NCBI GenBank assembly: GCA_963665095.1
Contig: OY762069.1
Location: forward strand, 5,280,001 to 5,344,000
Length of the DNA stretch: 64,000 nt
DNA from: an uncultured Desulfobacter sp.
Lineage (GTDB): Bacteria; Desulfobacterota; Desulfobacteria; Desulfobacterales; Desulfobacteraceae
Direction of reading: 5' to 3'
In this document: positions 9,148 through 19,199 of the stretch, piece by piece
How positions within the stretch are numbered: position 1 is the first letter of the stretch
Layout of the letters: each line of letters begins with the position of its first letter
The notes under the pieces: generated by a model
Seen by the model: only the letters and a program-made list of their open reading frames with translations
Told to the model about the DNA's origin: nothing
Databases searched by the model: none
Translations under genes and position numbers: made by a program

Positions 9148-11146
9148 CTGTTTTATTTGAGTGGACAGGGAGTTTAATAATAAACGTGGCTCCTTTTCCC
9201 GGTTCAGACATGACATCCATTGACCCTTTATGGATTTCAGTGATGATAAAGTAGGAGACAGACAGCCCGAGCCCTGTACCAACCCCGACCGGTTTTGTGG
9301 TAAAGAAGGGGTCAAAGACTTTTGAACGGATCTTTTCATCCATGCCCGGCCCATTATCCTCGATTTCAATATGGACCATTTCAGGCGCCCCTTTGGTATA
9401 AATTCTGAGTGTGAATCTGGGCGATTGCGTTTTTGCCATCTGCATGGCCTGGGCCCCGTTTCTAAGGATATTCAGCAGCACCTGCTGAATCTTGGCACCT
9501 TCGCAGGGAAGCATCGGCAGATCATTGGCATACTCTTTTATAATTTCAATTGATTTAAAATCATACTGTTTTTTAAGATCATATTCCATGGCTGCCATGT
9601 CAAGGATCTTGTCCATCAGCTCATCAGGGTAGTGGGAGGAGAAGCCGATGGCATCTGATTTTCGTGCAAAGCTGAGCATACTGTTAACTATGTCAACCAT
9701 GCGCGCTCCTGATTCCTGCATGCCGTCAATCATGCGGAAAATACCCCTTTTATCCATGAATGCGGTGATATCTTTCATGGAAAGGCCAAGTTCCCCGGCG
9801 GCTTTTAAATTGGCCGGCATATTGCAATCTTCAAGCCGGGACTTTATAACGTTGGCACTTTGTACCATTCCGGCCAGGGGGTTGTTGATCTCATGCGCCA
9901 TGCCTGCAGCCAGGCCACCCACAGAGGTCATTTTTTCAGTCTGGATCATGATTTCATCAATCCTGACCCGATCTGTCACATCCTCATACATGATCATGAT
10001 CCCGTGTACATCGTTCTGGGCATCAAACAGCGGCACCCGTGTCGTATCCAGCCAGACTTCATTGCCCAGAGCATCAAGGCTTGAATGTCTTTCATGAAGA
10101 ATACTTTTTCCGCCCTTCAGAATTTTAAGATCTGTGTTATGAAATTTCTCATTCGCCCAGGTCTGGAGACCCTTGCCCTGTGACCCAACCAGATCCGCGA
10201 AAGTTTCAGCCCCGGCCATCCTGGTATAATTCTGGTTGCACCCGAGATAGGCAAGCTGCTTGTCTTTCCAGCAGATGGCCTGGGGAATTGTGTCCAGAAC
10301 CGTTTGCAGCATTCTTCGGGACTCCTGAAGCGCCTGGGCCATCCGCTCCTTTCCCCAGGCCCCATATCCCCAGGCTCCCAGAAAAATGAATGCGGCAATG
10401 GTCACAATGGTCATGGCAAGATTTATTCTTCTGATTTCCGCACCCGCACCAGTCTGCTCCAGAATTTCAGGCAATGGCACTGACAGTCCGATACTCCAGG
10501 TATATTCTCCTACTTTAACAGGGGTCCAGGCAGCAATTTCTTTTCCCTTTTCCGGTAACCAGATATACCAGCCCACACCTTCCCGGGAATTGCCAACCGC
10601 CGCGGACATCTCTTCAAAATGACTGGCACCTTTTTTTTTCTGGATATCAAATATCTGATCCATGCTCTTCCCTCTGTACTCATTGGGGAAATCTTCACTT
10701 AGATCAAATACCACATGGCTGGGTGCATAAATCCATGCATCACCGCTTTTTAATAACTTTATGGGCTTGATGAACAGCTTAAAAATATTCTGTTCAATTG
10801 TGGTGAGATCACTGACGTTATGAAAGTCCACCTGATCCTGGAGATACAGGTTGATGCTGCGTGCCGCGACCCGGACAATTTCAAGTTCTGCTTTTTGATA
10901 TCCGGGAATGATTGCCCGGGTCAGGGAACTGGCCTGTTCATTGGCAACAACCCATCCCAAAATCAGCAATAAAATAACAAAAACAGGCATTACTAAATTG
11001 AATGCCAACCTGTTTTTCCATGTCGAAAAACGAACCGTATCGACAAAATTCTGATCCAAAACCAACGATCCCTTCTGTACAAATGACTTCAAATTTCTAA
11101 TCACGCAAACGTACACCATACCCCTTTTCTGTATAGTGTCAAGCAA
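9122..11146 (-). CDS. Membrane sensor histidine kinase (periplasmic Cache-like, PAS, HisKA, HATPase); true start probably downstream of 11146
   Basis: Two TM segments, PAS (WKD...YLGCN), AHEINNPL, QVLLNILRNG, DNGPG, FDPFFTTK, GTGLGL. Confidence 0.9.
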   Translation of the reverse strand: MLDTIQKRGMVYVCVIRNLKSFVQKGSLVLDQNFVDTVRFSTWKNRLAFNLVMPVFVILLLILGWVVANEQASSLTRAIIPGYQKAELEIVRVAARSINLYLQDQVDFHNVSDLTTIEQNIFKLFIKPIKLLKSGDAWIYAPSHVVFDLSEDFPNEYRGKSMDQIFDIQKKKGASHFEEMSAAVGNSREGVGWYIWLPEKGKEIAAWTPVKVGEYTWSIGLSVPLPEILEQTGAGAEIRRINLAMTIVTIAAFIFLGAWGYGAWGKERMAQALQESRRMLQTVLDTIPQAICWKDKQLAYLGCNQNYTRMAGAETFADLVGSQGKGLQTWANEKFHNTDLKILKGGKSILHERHSSLDALGNEVWLDTTRVPLFDAQNDVHGIMIMYEDVTDRVRIDEIMIQTEKMTSVGGLAAGMAHEINNPLAGMVQSANVIKSRLEDCNMPANLKAAGELGLSMKDITAFMDKRGIFRMIDGMQESGARMVDIVNSMLSFARKSDAIGFSSHYPDELMDKILDMAAMEYDLKKQYDFKSIEIIKEYANDLPMLPCEGAKIQQVLLNILRNGAQAMQMAKTQSPRFTLRIYTKGAPEMVHIEIEDNGPGMDEKIRSKVFDPFFTTKPVGVGTGLGLSVSYFIITEIHKGSMDVMSEPGKGATFIIKLPVHSNKTAISGSGSP

Positions 11147-11274
11147 GTTGTGAATTTTTGCATCTTTTCAAATTCCTTGACATTTCACTGTTTCGGCGCA
11201 TACCCTGAATGATCTTGAAACGATCCGCTTGACGACCGGGTTGCCCAACGGAGTCTTACCCAAAGGAAAAATGA

Positions 11275-11889
11275 ATGTCAGCTACCCCTGAACTGGAAGC
11301 CATCCGGAAAAAACAGATTCTGGAGGCAGGGCTTATCACCATATCTGAAAAAGGCATTGCCAAAACCACCATAGATGACGTGTGCAGGACCGCAGGGCTG
11401 TCCAAAGGCGGGCTGGTTTATTATTTCCGGTCTAAGGATGTGCTGTTCAGCGCGGTTTTTCAGGAATTTTTCGAGCGGCTCTTCCAAAAGGGGAAAAAAC
11501 TGATGGAAGAGGTGGAAGGCCCTTTGGAGCAGATTCTATCCTTTGGGTGGCTCTATGATGAAAGCGATGATGACGTTTACAAGGGCTATCCGTTGCTTCT
11601 GGACCTGCTGGCCAAGGCTGCCTTTGACGAGGAGTGCAGGGTGCTGATCCAGGCGTGGATCCAGAACTGGGTAGTCCTTCTGACTGCCCCCCTGGAAAGA
11701 GGGATTGCTGAAAATATTTTTAACCCCATGGATGTGCCCCAGGTGGCACAGTCGATTTCTGCTGTCTACCAGGGAGTGGCCACCCGCTGGTATTTAGGCG
11801 GAGAGAGCCATACCAGCCAGTGGGCCATAGAGACTTTCAATGCCGGCATTATGGGTGTTCTTGATCCCTATATTGTCCGTCCCGCCTGA
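11275..11889 (+). CDS. TetR/AcrR family transcriptional regulator
   Basis: RKKQILEA...TIDDVCRTAGLSKGGLVYYFRSKDVL helix-turn-helix. Confidence 0.93.
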   Translation: MSATPELEAIRKKQILEAGLITISEKGIAKTTIDDVCRTAGLSKGGLVYYFRSKDVLFSAVFQEFFERLFQKGKKLMEEVEGPLEQILSFGWLYDESDDDVYKGYPLLLDLLAKAAFDEECRVLIQAWIQNWVVLLTAPLERGIAENIFNPMDVPQVAQSISAVYQGVATRWYLGGESHTSQWAIETFNAGIMGVLDPYIVRPA

Positions 11890-12010
11890 ATCTTTTCCTT
11901 TAAAAAAAATTCTGACAAGTTAACTGCCTGGATCTCTTTGTCCAATGGGCGTTCTGTGTCCAGCTGGAATTTAAGTTAACGTCTGAAGTTAATTTTTTCA
12001 AAAAAACTTG

Positions 12011-12072
12011 TTGACTTTCTGAATGACATTCATGATTATACTGATTAGTCGAAATAAAAACTTATCAGTCGG
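12011..12072 (+). promoter_or_regulatory. Sigma70-type promoter with palindromic operator upstream of the catabolic operon
   Basis: TTGACT (12011) with GATTAT 17 nt later; palindrome TGAATG-A-CATTCA (12020-12032) in the spacer; repeats ACTGATTAGTCG / ACTTATCAGTCG just downstream. Confidence 0.6.
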
Positions 12073-12240
12073 TAATAAAAATACCGGTGTAAATACCCCT
12101 TGAACTCAAGCGGTTACCGACAGCACACCTCTTACGCTCTTCTCATGCACCGGCCCCCAGCGGTATATTGGCGAAAAGCCTTTGCATATCATTTCACCCG
12201 GGGTGCACCTGCGCCTCACACATCCATGAAAGGAGTTGTT

Positions 12241-12645
12241 ATGCCGATTTTTGAGTCCAAGGAAAAAATGCAAGAGGTATTAGGGGGATTGTTCCGTATT
12301 CTTCTGGAAGATCCGGATGCCGGTCCTAAGTTTGCCGCTGCCGGAATTACCATCAAGTTTGAAATCACCGATCCGGATGCCAGCCTCTTCATTACCCCCG
12401 GGGACGGCAAAAAAGGGGAGGTTCTCTGGGGAAAACAGGAGATTGATCCCACCATTGTCATGAGTCTTTCCGGGGATACATGCCACAAGTTCTGGCTCAA
12501 GCAGATCGCCATGCCCATTGCCCTGGCCAAAGGGCTGATCAAAGCCAAGGGCCCCATGCCCAAGGTCCTCAAGCTTCTTCCCATTTTAACGCCTGCTTAT
12601 GCGGCCTACCCGGACTGGGCCCAGTCCCAGGGAATGCCGGTTTAA
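12241..12645 (+). CDS. SCP2 sterol/lipid-binding domain protein
   Basis: AAGGAG RBS then ATG 12241; DT.HKFW...ALAKGLIKAKGP...LKLLP pattern. Confidence 0.8.
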   Translation: MPIFESKEKMQEVLGGLFRILLEDPDAGPKFAAAGITIKFEITDPDASLFITPGDGKKGEVLWGKQEIDPTIVMSLSGDTCHKFWLKQIAMPIALAKGLIKAKGPMPKVLKLLPILTPAYAAYPDWAQSQGMPV

Positions 12646-12693
12646 GCGTTCGCCGTTTCACCTTTTACGATTAAAATTTAGGGAGAATCTCTT

Positions 12694-13368
12694 ATGGAAA
12701 GAAGTATCCGTCAGTATGAAACTGACCGGGCCGAAGCAGCCAAGACCGCCGCCCGCCTGATTCTGGCGTCAGGCACCACCACCCCGAGGGTGGGCGGGGT
12801 TGGCGAATGCACCATTCACATCTTTGACGATGCCTGCGATATCGAGGATATCTGCCAGGAGATGGAAAAGATGGCGGAAATCAAAAAATCCTGGAAATTT
12901 TTCAACCGGGATGCCGCCATGCTCCGGGATGCGGATGTACTGCTGGTTACCACGTCGCTTCGCTGTCTCAGTGACCCGGCAGACATCAACTGCAATCTTT
13001 GCGGCAAACTGGTCTGCGAATATCTCAAAGAAGAAGAAAAACTGTCCAAAAAAGATCCTGAAGTGGCCTTTACAGGCCCTCTTTGCACCTTCCGCGCCAC
13101 CAACATCGCCTTTGCCCTGGACGGCATGGTGAACCAGGCAAGAAACCTTGGCGTTGATTACGGGGCATACTGGTCTGCGGGCCTGGCTGCCATGCGCATG
13201 GGACTGTTGCCCAAAGACACAGGATTTGCCCTGGGCCTTGGTATCTCCATCACGGAAAAAAGCCCTTTCCGGGATATCCCCAAAAACTATGCCGATATCA
13301 ACCAGCGTTCCATGAACGACCGGATGATCAACCGGCTGTGGCCCCAGTTCAGGTCCATTTATTCCTAA
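12694..13368 (+). CDS. DUF2148-like Fe-S (ferredoxin-motif) protein, paralog 1
   Basis: F.RDA, NCNLCGKLVC, GPLC, GIS...KSPFRD. Confidence 0.7.
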   Translation: MERSIRQYETDRAEAAKTAARLILASGTTTPRVGGVGECTIHIFDDACDIEDICQEMEKMAEIKKSWKFFNRDAAMLRDADVLLVTTSLRCLSDPADINCNLCGKLVCEYLKEEEKLSKKDPEVAFTGPLCTFRATNIAFALDGMVNQARNLGVDYGAYWSAGLAAMRMGLLPKDTGFALGLGISITEKSPFRDIPKNYADINQRSMNDRMINRLWPQFRSIYS

Positions 13369-13470
13369 ACAGGCTCTGTCCGGGCCTTTTGGCCCGGGAT
13401 AAAAGGTTACAGCAAACAAAAATAAGTGGATTCCTACGCGCTTTCACAAAAATACTACAAGGAGAAACAC

Positions 13471-14121
13471 ATGAGTATCAGAGATATGCAGGATCTGGTG
13501 GACCAGGGTTTTACCAGATCCCTTGAACTCATCGCCCTTGCCGCCCATAATTCCTTTCGGTTTAATAATCGCAACTCTGTGAAAATGGTCATGGTCCAGG
13601 ACGAGGATCTGGAGCAGATTGCAGAGTACTGCTTCTCATTAGGAGATATGTCCCCATTGTCCGCCCGGGACGGCCGAAACCTGGTTCAAATGGTCAAAGA
13701 ACCCTTTGCCCTTCTTCTGTTAGGCGACAAGCGAAAATCGGATTTCAACTATAACTGCGGGGCCTGCGGGTACAAAACCTGTGCCGAACTCAACAAGGCC
13801 GAAGAGGTGGAATCCCTTACTGCCAACGGCCCCTCCTGTATTTTCAAAAACATCAATTTAGGCATTGCCGCCAATGCGGCGGCCTCTTCCGCCCATGCCA
13901 TGGGCCTTCACTGCCGGGTTTTTTCCACCTTTGCCTTTGCGGCCAAGGCTCTGGAGGTGATTGAGGATGTGGACATCTGTGTCTCCGTGGCCGTGAGCGC
14001 GGCAAAGAAGAATCCCTTTTTCGACCGCCATGAGTACTGGACCAAGGAGCACTGGGAAGACATCTTTGAAAAGGAATTCCCTCCCTATAATCGCGGCTTC
14101 ATCGGCGCGGTGGAAGATTAA
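13471..14121 (+). CDS. DUF2148-like Fe-S protein, paralog 2
   Basis: AGGAGA RBS; NCGACGYKTC, GPSC...NLGIA, SAAKKNPFFDR. Confidence 0.78.
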   Translation: MSIRDMQDLVDQGFTRSLELIALAAHNSFRFNNRNSVKMVMVQDEDLEQIAEYCFSLGDMSPLSARDGRNLVQMVKEPFALLLLGDKRKSDFNYNCGACGYKTCAELNKAEEVESLTANGPSCIFKNINLGIAANAAASSAHAMGLHCRVFSTFAFAAKALEVIEDVDICVSVAVSAAKKNPFFDRHEYWTKEHWEDIFEKEFPPYNRGFIGAVED

Positions 14122-14136
14122 CGAAAGGAGTCATTC

Positions 14137-15759
14137 ATGGCAGCGAAAACCCATCTCAACCAGGCCATCATCTCCCACTTTCTGGAGCTTAAGGCGGACA
14201 GCAGCCCGGACAAGGAGATCCTGGTCTTTGAAAACTCATCCACAGGACAGGCCGATGAAATCTACACCTACGGCCGGCTCTTTGAGGGCTCCAATAAAAT
14301 CGCCCGGGCCTTTTTGGATAAAGGCCTTGTCAAAGGGGATACCTTTGCCGTGTTCATGCGCAACCATGCGGAATTTGTTCTTTCCATGCTGTCGGGCCCC
14401 ATCATCGGAACCATTATGGTACCCATTGATCCGAGAAGCCGTGGCAAGCGCTTAAAATTTTTACTCACCAACTCCGGGGCCAAGGCCGTGATCGTCTCTT
14501 TAGACTTTCTGCCGGCTTTGACCGAAGTGCTGCCGGATTTGCCCCAGATCAAGCATGTGTTTCTGGTGGCCAAACCGGGAATGGAAAAAGATGTCCCCGG
14601 TGCCAACGATTTCCCCTATCTCAACGAGATCCTGGAACAGGAAAACTGGGAACGGGTGGGCCAGGAGATCATGGATGTGCGCCATCCCTTTCAGATCATC
14701 TACACATCCGGTACCACCGGGGATCCCAAGGGCGTGATGATCCGGAACAACCGGTTCGGCATGTTCACCATTGTCACCCGCCTGGTCTGGAAGTACAGGC
14801 CCTCGGATATCCTGTATACGGGCCTGTCGCTCACCCATGGCAATGCCCAGGCCGTGACCCTTTTTCCGGCGCTGGGCGCAGGGGTCAGGGCCGTGATCTC
14901 GCCCAAGTTCACCAAGTCCCGGATCTGGGATGTATGCCGGGCCCAGGGCTGCACCAGCTTCTCCCTTTTAGGCGGCATGATGTCGGGCATTTTCAATGAA
15001 CCCCCAAAGGCCAATGATTCTGATAATCCGGTAAAAACCGTTATCTCCGCAGGCAGCCCCAGGGCCATCTGGGAAGCCTTTGAAACCCGTTTTGATCTCA
15101 AGGTCCTGGAGTGGTACGGCGCAGTGGAAGGCGGATTTGCCTACAAACCGCCGGGCAAAGGGCCCATTGGCTCATTCGGCAAGCCCCTGCCTGGTCTCAT
15201 GGAGTTCAAAGTCGTGGACGAAAGCGACAATGATGTTCCCAATAACACGCCTGGCGAACTCATCGTCAAGATGAGCAAGGGCGACACCAAGGTGGATTAC
15301 CTGGGCAACAAAGAGGCGTCGGAAAAAAAGACCCGGGGCGGATGGCTGCGCACCGGTGACATAGTCACAAAGGACGACCAGGGCTGGTATTTCTTCTGCC
15401 ACCGCAAAGGCAAGGAGTTGCGGCGTGCCGGTGACTTTATCCAGCCCGACCACATTGAAAAGGTGATCGGCGAACACCCGGATGTCAGTGAGGTGTGCGT
15501 TTACGGGATTCCTGCCGCATCCGGCGCCCCCGGGGAGAGTGATCTTGTGGCAGCCGTGGCACCCTTCAACGGCGGCAAAATTGATCCGGCCGTCATATTT
15601 GAAGCCTGCCGCAACGGCCTTGAGCCCAACTTTGTCCCTTCCTTTCTCCAGGTCAAAGAGACCATTCCCAAGACCATTTCGGAAAAGGCGTTGGACCGGG
15701 TACTCAAAGACGAGTTTACCCCGGATGGAGAAAATGTGTTCTCCATCACAGACTTTTAA
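14137..15759 (+). CDS. ATP-dependent acyl-CoA ligase (CaiC-like)
   Basis: IYTSGTTGDPKG, YGAVEG, GWLRTGD. Confidence 0.9.
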   Translation: MAAKTHLNQAIISHFLELKADSSPDKEILVFENSSTGQADEIYTYGRLFEGSNKIARAFLDKGLVKGDTFAVFMRNHAEFVLSMLSGPIIGTIMVPIDPRSRGKRLKFLLTNSGAKAVIVSLDFLPALTEVLPDLPQIKHVFLVAKPGMEKDVPGANDFPYLNEILEQENWERVGQEIMDVRHPFQIIYTSGTTGDPKGVMIRNNRFGMFTIVTRLVWKYRPSDILYTGLSLTHGNAQAVTLFPALGAGVRAVISPKFTKSRIWDVCRAQGCTSFSLLGGMMSGIFNEPPKANDSDNPVKTVISAGSPRAIWEAFETRFDLKVLEWYGAVEGGFAYKPPGKGPIGSFGKPLPGLMEFKVVDESDNDVPNNTPGELIVKMSKGDTKVDYLGNKEASEKKTRGGWLRTGDIVTKDDQGWYFFCHRKGKELRRAGDFIQPDHIEKVIGEHPDVSEVCVYGIPAASGAPGESDLVAAVAPFNGGKIDPAVIFEACRNGLEPNFVPSFLQVKETIPKTISEKALDRVLKDEFTPDGENVFSITDF

Positions 15760-15783
15760 TAAATTTTCCAAGGAGACCCGCCA

Positions 15784-17007
15784 ATGAAAGGTTATCTGGA
15801 TCTAAATATTGAACTGACCAAAGAGCAGATTAGAATCAAAGAAGAGACCCGCAGGTTTGCCAAGGAGGTTTTACGGCCGGCAAGCCTGGAGTTGGACAAG
15901 ATTGCTGATCCCGCCGAGATGATTGCCAACCCCCTTTTCATGGACACCTTCAGAAAAGGCTATGAACTTGGCTACCACACCATTTTTCTGCCCGATACCT
16001 GGGGGGGATTAAGTTCCGATCCTCTGGAAACCCACATCATTTTTGAGGAGCTTGCCTGGGGATCGGTGGATTATGCCGTGGGCATCGGCGTCTCCTGCTT
16101 CCCGGCCTTTTTTGCCTCCATGGTGCCGGAGCAAAGGCTGATTGACGAGATCATCATGCCCTTCTGCGAAAACACGGACGCCTCATTTATCGGATGCTGG
16201 GGCATTACCGAACCGGACCACGGCACAGATGTACTCGCACCTTTCACCCCGGAATTTTCAGATCCCAACATCAAGGGCCAGGTCACAGCCACTCTGGAGG
16301 GGGATGAATATGTGATCCGGGGCCAGAAGGCGGCCTGGGTCTCCAACGGCACCATTGCCTCCCACTGCCTGCTCTACCCCAACATTGATTCTTCAAAAGG
16401 CCTTGCCGGTGGCGGCATCTGTATTGTGCCTCTGAATCTACCCGGCGTTAAAAGAGGCGCGCCCCTGGACAAGCTGGGCCAGCGGGCCCTGAACCAGGGG
16501 GAGATCTATTTTGACAACGTGCGCATCCCCAAAGATTACATGCTGGTGGGGCCGGATGCCTATGAGGCCATGCTGGACATCACCTTGTCCACGGCCAATG
16601 CCGCCATCGGCACCATGTTTGTGGGCGTGGCCCGTGCGGCCTACGAAGAGGCGCTCAACCATGCCAAGACCCGTATCCAGGGCGGAAAACCCTTGTTCGA
16701 GCACCAGATGATCAAGCACAAGCTGTTTAAAATGTTCATGGATATTGAGGCGGGAAGGGCGCTCTCCCGGGCCGCCATGATCTACAACTACAACAACACC
16801 CCGCCCAAAATTCAATACTCCGTGGCCGCCAAGGTGTTTTGCACCAACATGGCCTATGAGGTCACTTCCGAAGCGGTTCAGATCTTTGGCGGTTCAGGTG
16901 TGAGCAAGGAATACCCGGTTGAAAAATTCTTCCGGGATGCCCGGGCCGGACTCATCGAAGACGGAGCCAATGACAGTCTGATGATCACAGCAGCCCACCA
17001 TTTATAG
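15784..17007 (+). CDS. Acyl-CoA dehydrogenase
   Basis: ITEPDHGTD, GQKAAWVSNG, RIQGGKPL, AVQIFGGSG, EKFFRDAR, IEDGAN. Confidence 0.93.
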   Translation: MKGYLDLNIELTKEQIRIKEETRRFAKEVLRPASLELDKIADPAEMIANPLFMDTFRKGYELGYHTIFLPDTWGGLSSDPLETHIIFEELAWGSVDYAVGIGVSCFPAFFASMVPEQRLIDEIIMPFCENTDASFIGCWGITEPDHGTDVLAPFTPEFSDPNIKGQVTATLEGDEYVIRGQKAAWVSNGTIASHCLLYPNIDSSKGLAGGGICIVPLNLPGVKRGAPLDKLGQRALNQGEIYFDNVRIPKDYMLVGPDAYEAMLDITLSTANAAIGTMFVGVARAAYEEALNHAKTRIQGGKPLFEHQMIKHKLFKMFMDIEAGRALSRAAMIYNYNNTPPKIQYSVAAKVFCTNMAYEVTSEAVQIFGGSGVSKEYPVEKFFRDARAGLIEDGANDSLMITAAHHL

Positions 17008-17016
17008 GAGGATTTT

Positions 17017-18258
17017 ATGAGTAATGTTTATATAATTGGTCTGGGCATGATCCGGTTCAACAAGTATCCGGATTCCGACGTCAGGTCCATGGCCCATGAG
17101 GCCGTGAATCTGGCACTGACAGACGCCGGGTTGGACAAAAAGCAAATCCAGTCCGCCTTTTTTGCCAACACCTTCTGGGGTATGTTTGCCGGCCAGCAGT
17201 CCATCCGGGGCCAGGTGATCCTGCGCTCCATGGGCATTGAGGCCATTCCGGTCACCAACGTGGAAAATGCCTGTGCCGGGGCCTCCACCGCCCTTCATCT
17301 TGCCTACACCAGTATCAAGGCGGGCATGCAGGATGTGGTTCTGGCGCTGGGATCTGAAAAGATCACCCATGAAAACAAGGCGGTTTCCCTAGGCGCCTAT
17401 GCGTCCTGCATGGATGTGGGTAATTTTGAGCAGCACATTGCCATGATTGAAAAGGTGGGCAAAAGCTTTAAGCTTGATATCCCCGAAGACCAGAGTCCTG
17501 CCGGAAAGGACCGCAGCATTTTCATGGATGCCTATGCCATGGGAGCCCGCTGGCACATGAGCCGATACGGCTCCACCCAGGAGCAGCTGGCCGCCATCTG
17601 CGCCAAAAACCACTGGCACGGCTCTTTAAATCCCTTGTCCCAGTACCAACAGGATATGACCGTGGAAGAGGTCCTGGCTGACAGGGCCGTGGCCTGGCCC
17701 CTGACCCGGGCCATGTGCGCGCCCGTGGGCGACGGGGCCGCCGCCGCCATTGTCTGCTCTGAAAAATTTCTTAAAACCCTGACAGGGGCAAGGCCGATCA
17801 AAATCCGGGCCTCGGTGCTGGGCATGGGAACGGACCGGGATCTGGACGGCGAGGACATTGGCGAGCGCCTGGCAAAGCAGGCCTATGACCAGGCAGGGGT
17901 TGGTCCCAAAGATATCCACCTTGCCGAATTGCACGATGCAACCGCCTATGGAGAACTCCACCAGACCGAGGCCATGGGATTCTGCCCGCCCGGCGAAGGC
18001 GGCCCCTGGGCGTTGAGCGGCGCCACAAAACTTGGCGGCAGCCAGCCTGTGAATACCTCCGGGGGCCTGGAATGCCGCGGTCATCCCATCGGGGCCTCAG
18101 GGCTTGCCCAGATCTATGAAATCGGGCTGCAGCTCAGGGGAGAGGCCGGGAAACGCCAGGTGGAAGGGGCACTCTTAGGCTTAGCGGAAAACGGAGGCGG
18201 CAACATCGGGGTGGAAGAGGCGGCCATGTGCATCCACATCCTGGAGAAGGTGACATGA
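17017..18258 (+). CDS. Thiolase family protein (SCP2/SCP-x type)
   Basis: VENACAGAS, DGAAA, AELHDA, NTSGGL..RGHPIGASG. Confidence 0.92.
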   Translation: MSNVYIIGLGMIRFNKYPDSDVRSMAHEAVNLALTDAGLDKKQIQSAFFANTFWGMFAGQQSIRGQVILRSMGIEAIPVTNVENACAGASTALHLAYTSIKAGMQDVVLALGSEKITHENKAVSLGAYASCMDVGNFEQHIAMIEKVGKSFKLDIPEDQSPAGKDRSIFMDAYAMGARWHMSRYGSTQEQLAAICAKNHWHGSLNPLSQYQQDMTVEEVLADRAVAWPLTRAMCAPVGDGAAAAIVCSEKFLKTLTGARPIKIRASVLGMGTDRDLDGEDIGERLAKQAYDQAGVGPKDIHLAELHDATAYGELHQTEAMGFCPPGEGGPWALSGATKLGGSQPVNTSGGLECRGHPIGASGLAQIYEIGLQLRGEAGKRQVEGALLGLAENGGGNIGVEEAAMCIHILEKVT

Positions 18259-19076
18259 AAACCATTCTCATTACAGGAGCCGCTTCAGGCATTGGCCGGG
18301 AAACGGCCAGGCTGTTTTCAGCCCGGGGCTGGTTCACAGGGCTGTGCGATCTGAATCACAAAGCGCTCGATGCCCTGGTGCAGGAAATAGAGGCAGGCGA
18401 GGGCAAAGGAAAAGTGGTTGCCATCCCCATGGATGTGACGGATGAGGCGTCTGTGAATCACGGTCTGTCGCTCTTTCTGGAACAGACCCGGGGCCGGCTG
18501 GATCTTCTTTTCAATTCCGCAGGCGTTCTGGCCATGGGGGGACATGATACCATTTCTTTTTCCCGCCACAGGTCAATTGTGGATGTGAACCTTACCGGGG
18601 TTCTCAACCTCATCTCGGCAAGTTTTCCAGCCCTGAAAGCCACTCCAGGCGCAGCAGTTATCACCATGTCTTCTGCCTCTGCCGTATACGGCACCCCGGA
18701 ACTTGCCACCTACTCCGCCACCAAGCATGCTGTCCGGGGGCTGACCGAAGCCTTGAATATTGAATTTTCCCCCTATGATATTCATGTGGGGGATATCATG
18801 GTCTCCTATGTTCAGACCCCCATGATAACCGCATCAAAGGTCCAGGCCACCAGCGTGAAGCGGCTCAAGGTCAATGCCACGCCCCGGACTGTGGCCCAAA
18901 CCGTCTACAAGGCCTTTCACCGGCGAAAGGTCCACTGGCACATCGGCGGCATGCTCAAACTGCTGATTGTGACATCCAGCCTTGCGCCGTTTCTAAAACG
19001 GCCGCTGGTCAAGGCGCTTGCCTTTTCTTCCCGGAACTTGAAAAATGTTCATGGGAAAGAACCGGCCTGTCCCTAA
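18255..19076 (+). CDS. Short-chain dehydrogenase/reductase
   Basis: ATGA overlap with the thiolase stop; ITGAASGIG, NSAG, YSATK. Confidence 0.92.
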   Translation: MKTILITGAASGIGRETARLFSARGWFTGLCDLNHKALDALVQEIEAGEGKGKVVAIPMDVTDEASVNHGLSLFLEQTRGRLDLLFNSAGVLAMGGHDTISFSRHRSIVDVNLTGVLNLISASFPALKATPGAAVITMSSASAVYGTPELATYSATKHAVRGLTEALNIEFSPYDIHVGDIMVSYVQTPMITASKVQATSVKRLKVNATPRTVAQTVYKAFHRRKVHWHIGGMLKLLIVTSSLAPFLKRPLVKALAFSSRNLKNVHGKEPACP

Positions 19077-19145
19077 CGGCTTTTGTGTCCAGATAAAACG
19101 CCTGGAATAAAGGCCCGCATACACCGCAGGTTTTTAATCAAAAAA

Positions 19146-19180
19146 AATGCCGCAGAAAGGGGCGTCCTTTCTGCGGCATT
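19146..19180. terminator. Bidirectional terminator between SDR and zraP-like gene
   Basis: 15-bp perfect IR AATGCCGCAGAAAGG / CCTTTCTGCGGCATT with flanking A-tract. Confidence 0.8.
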
Positions 19181-19199
19181 GTATTCTTACCGATGGGGT

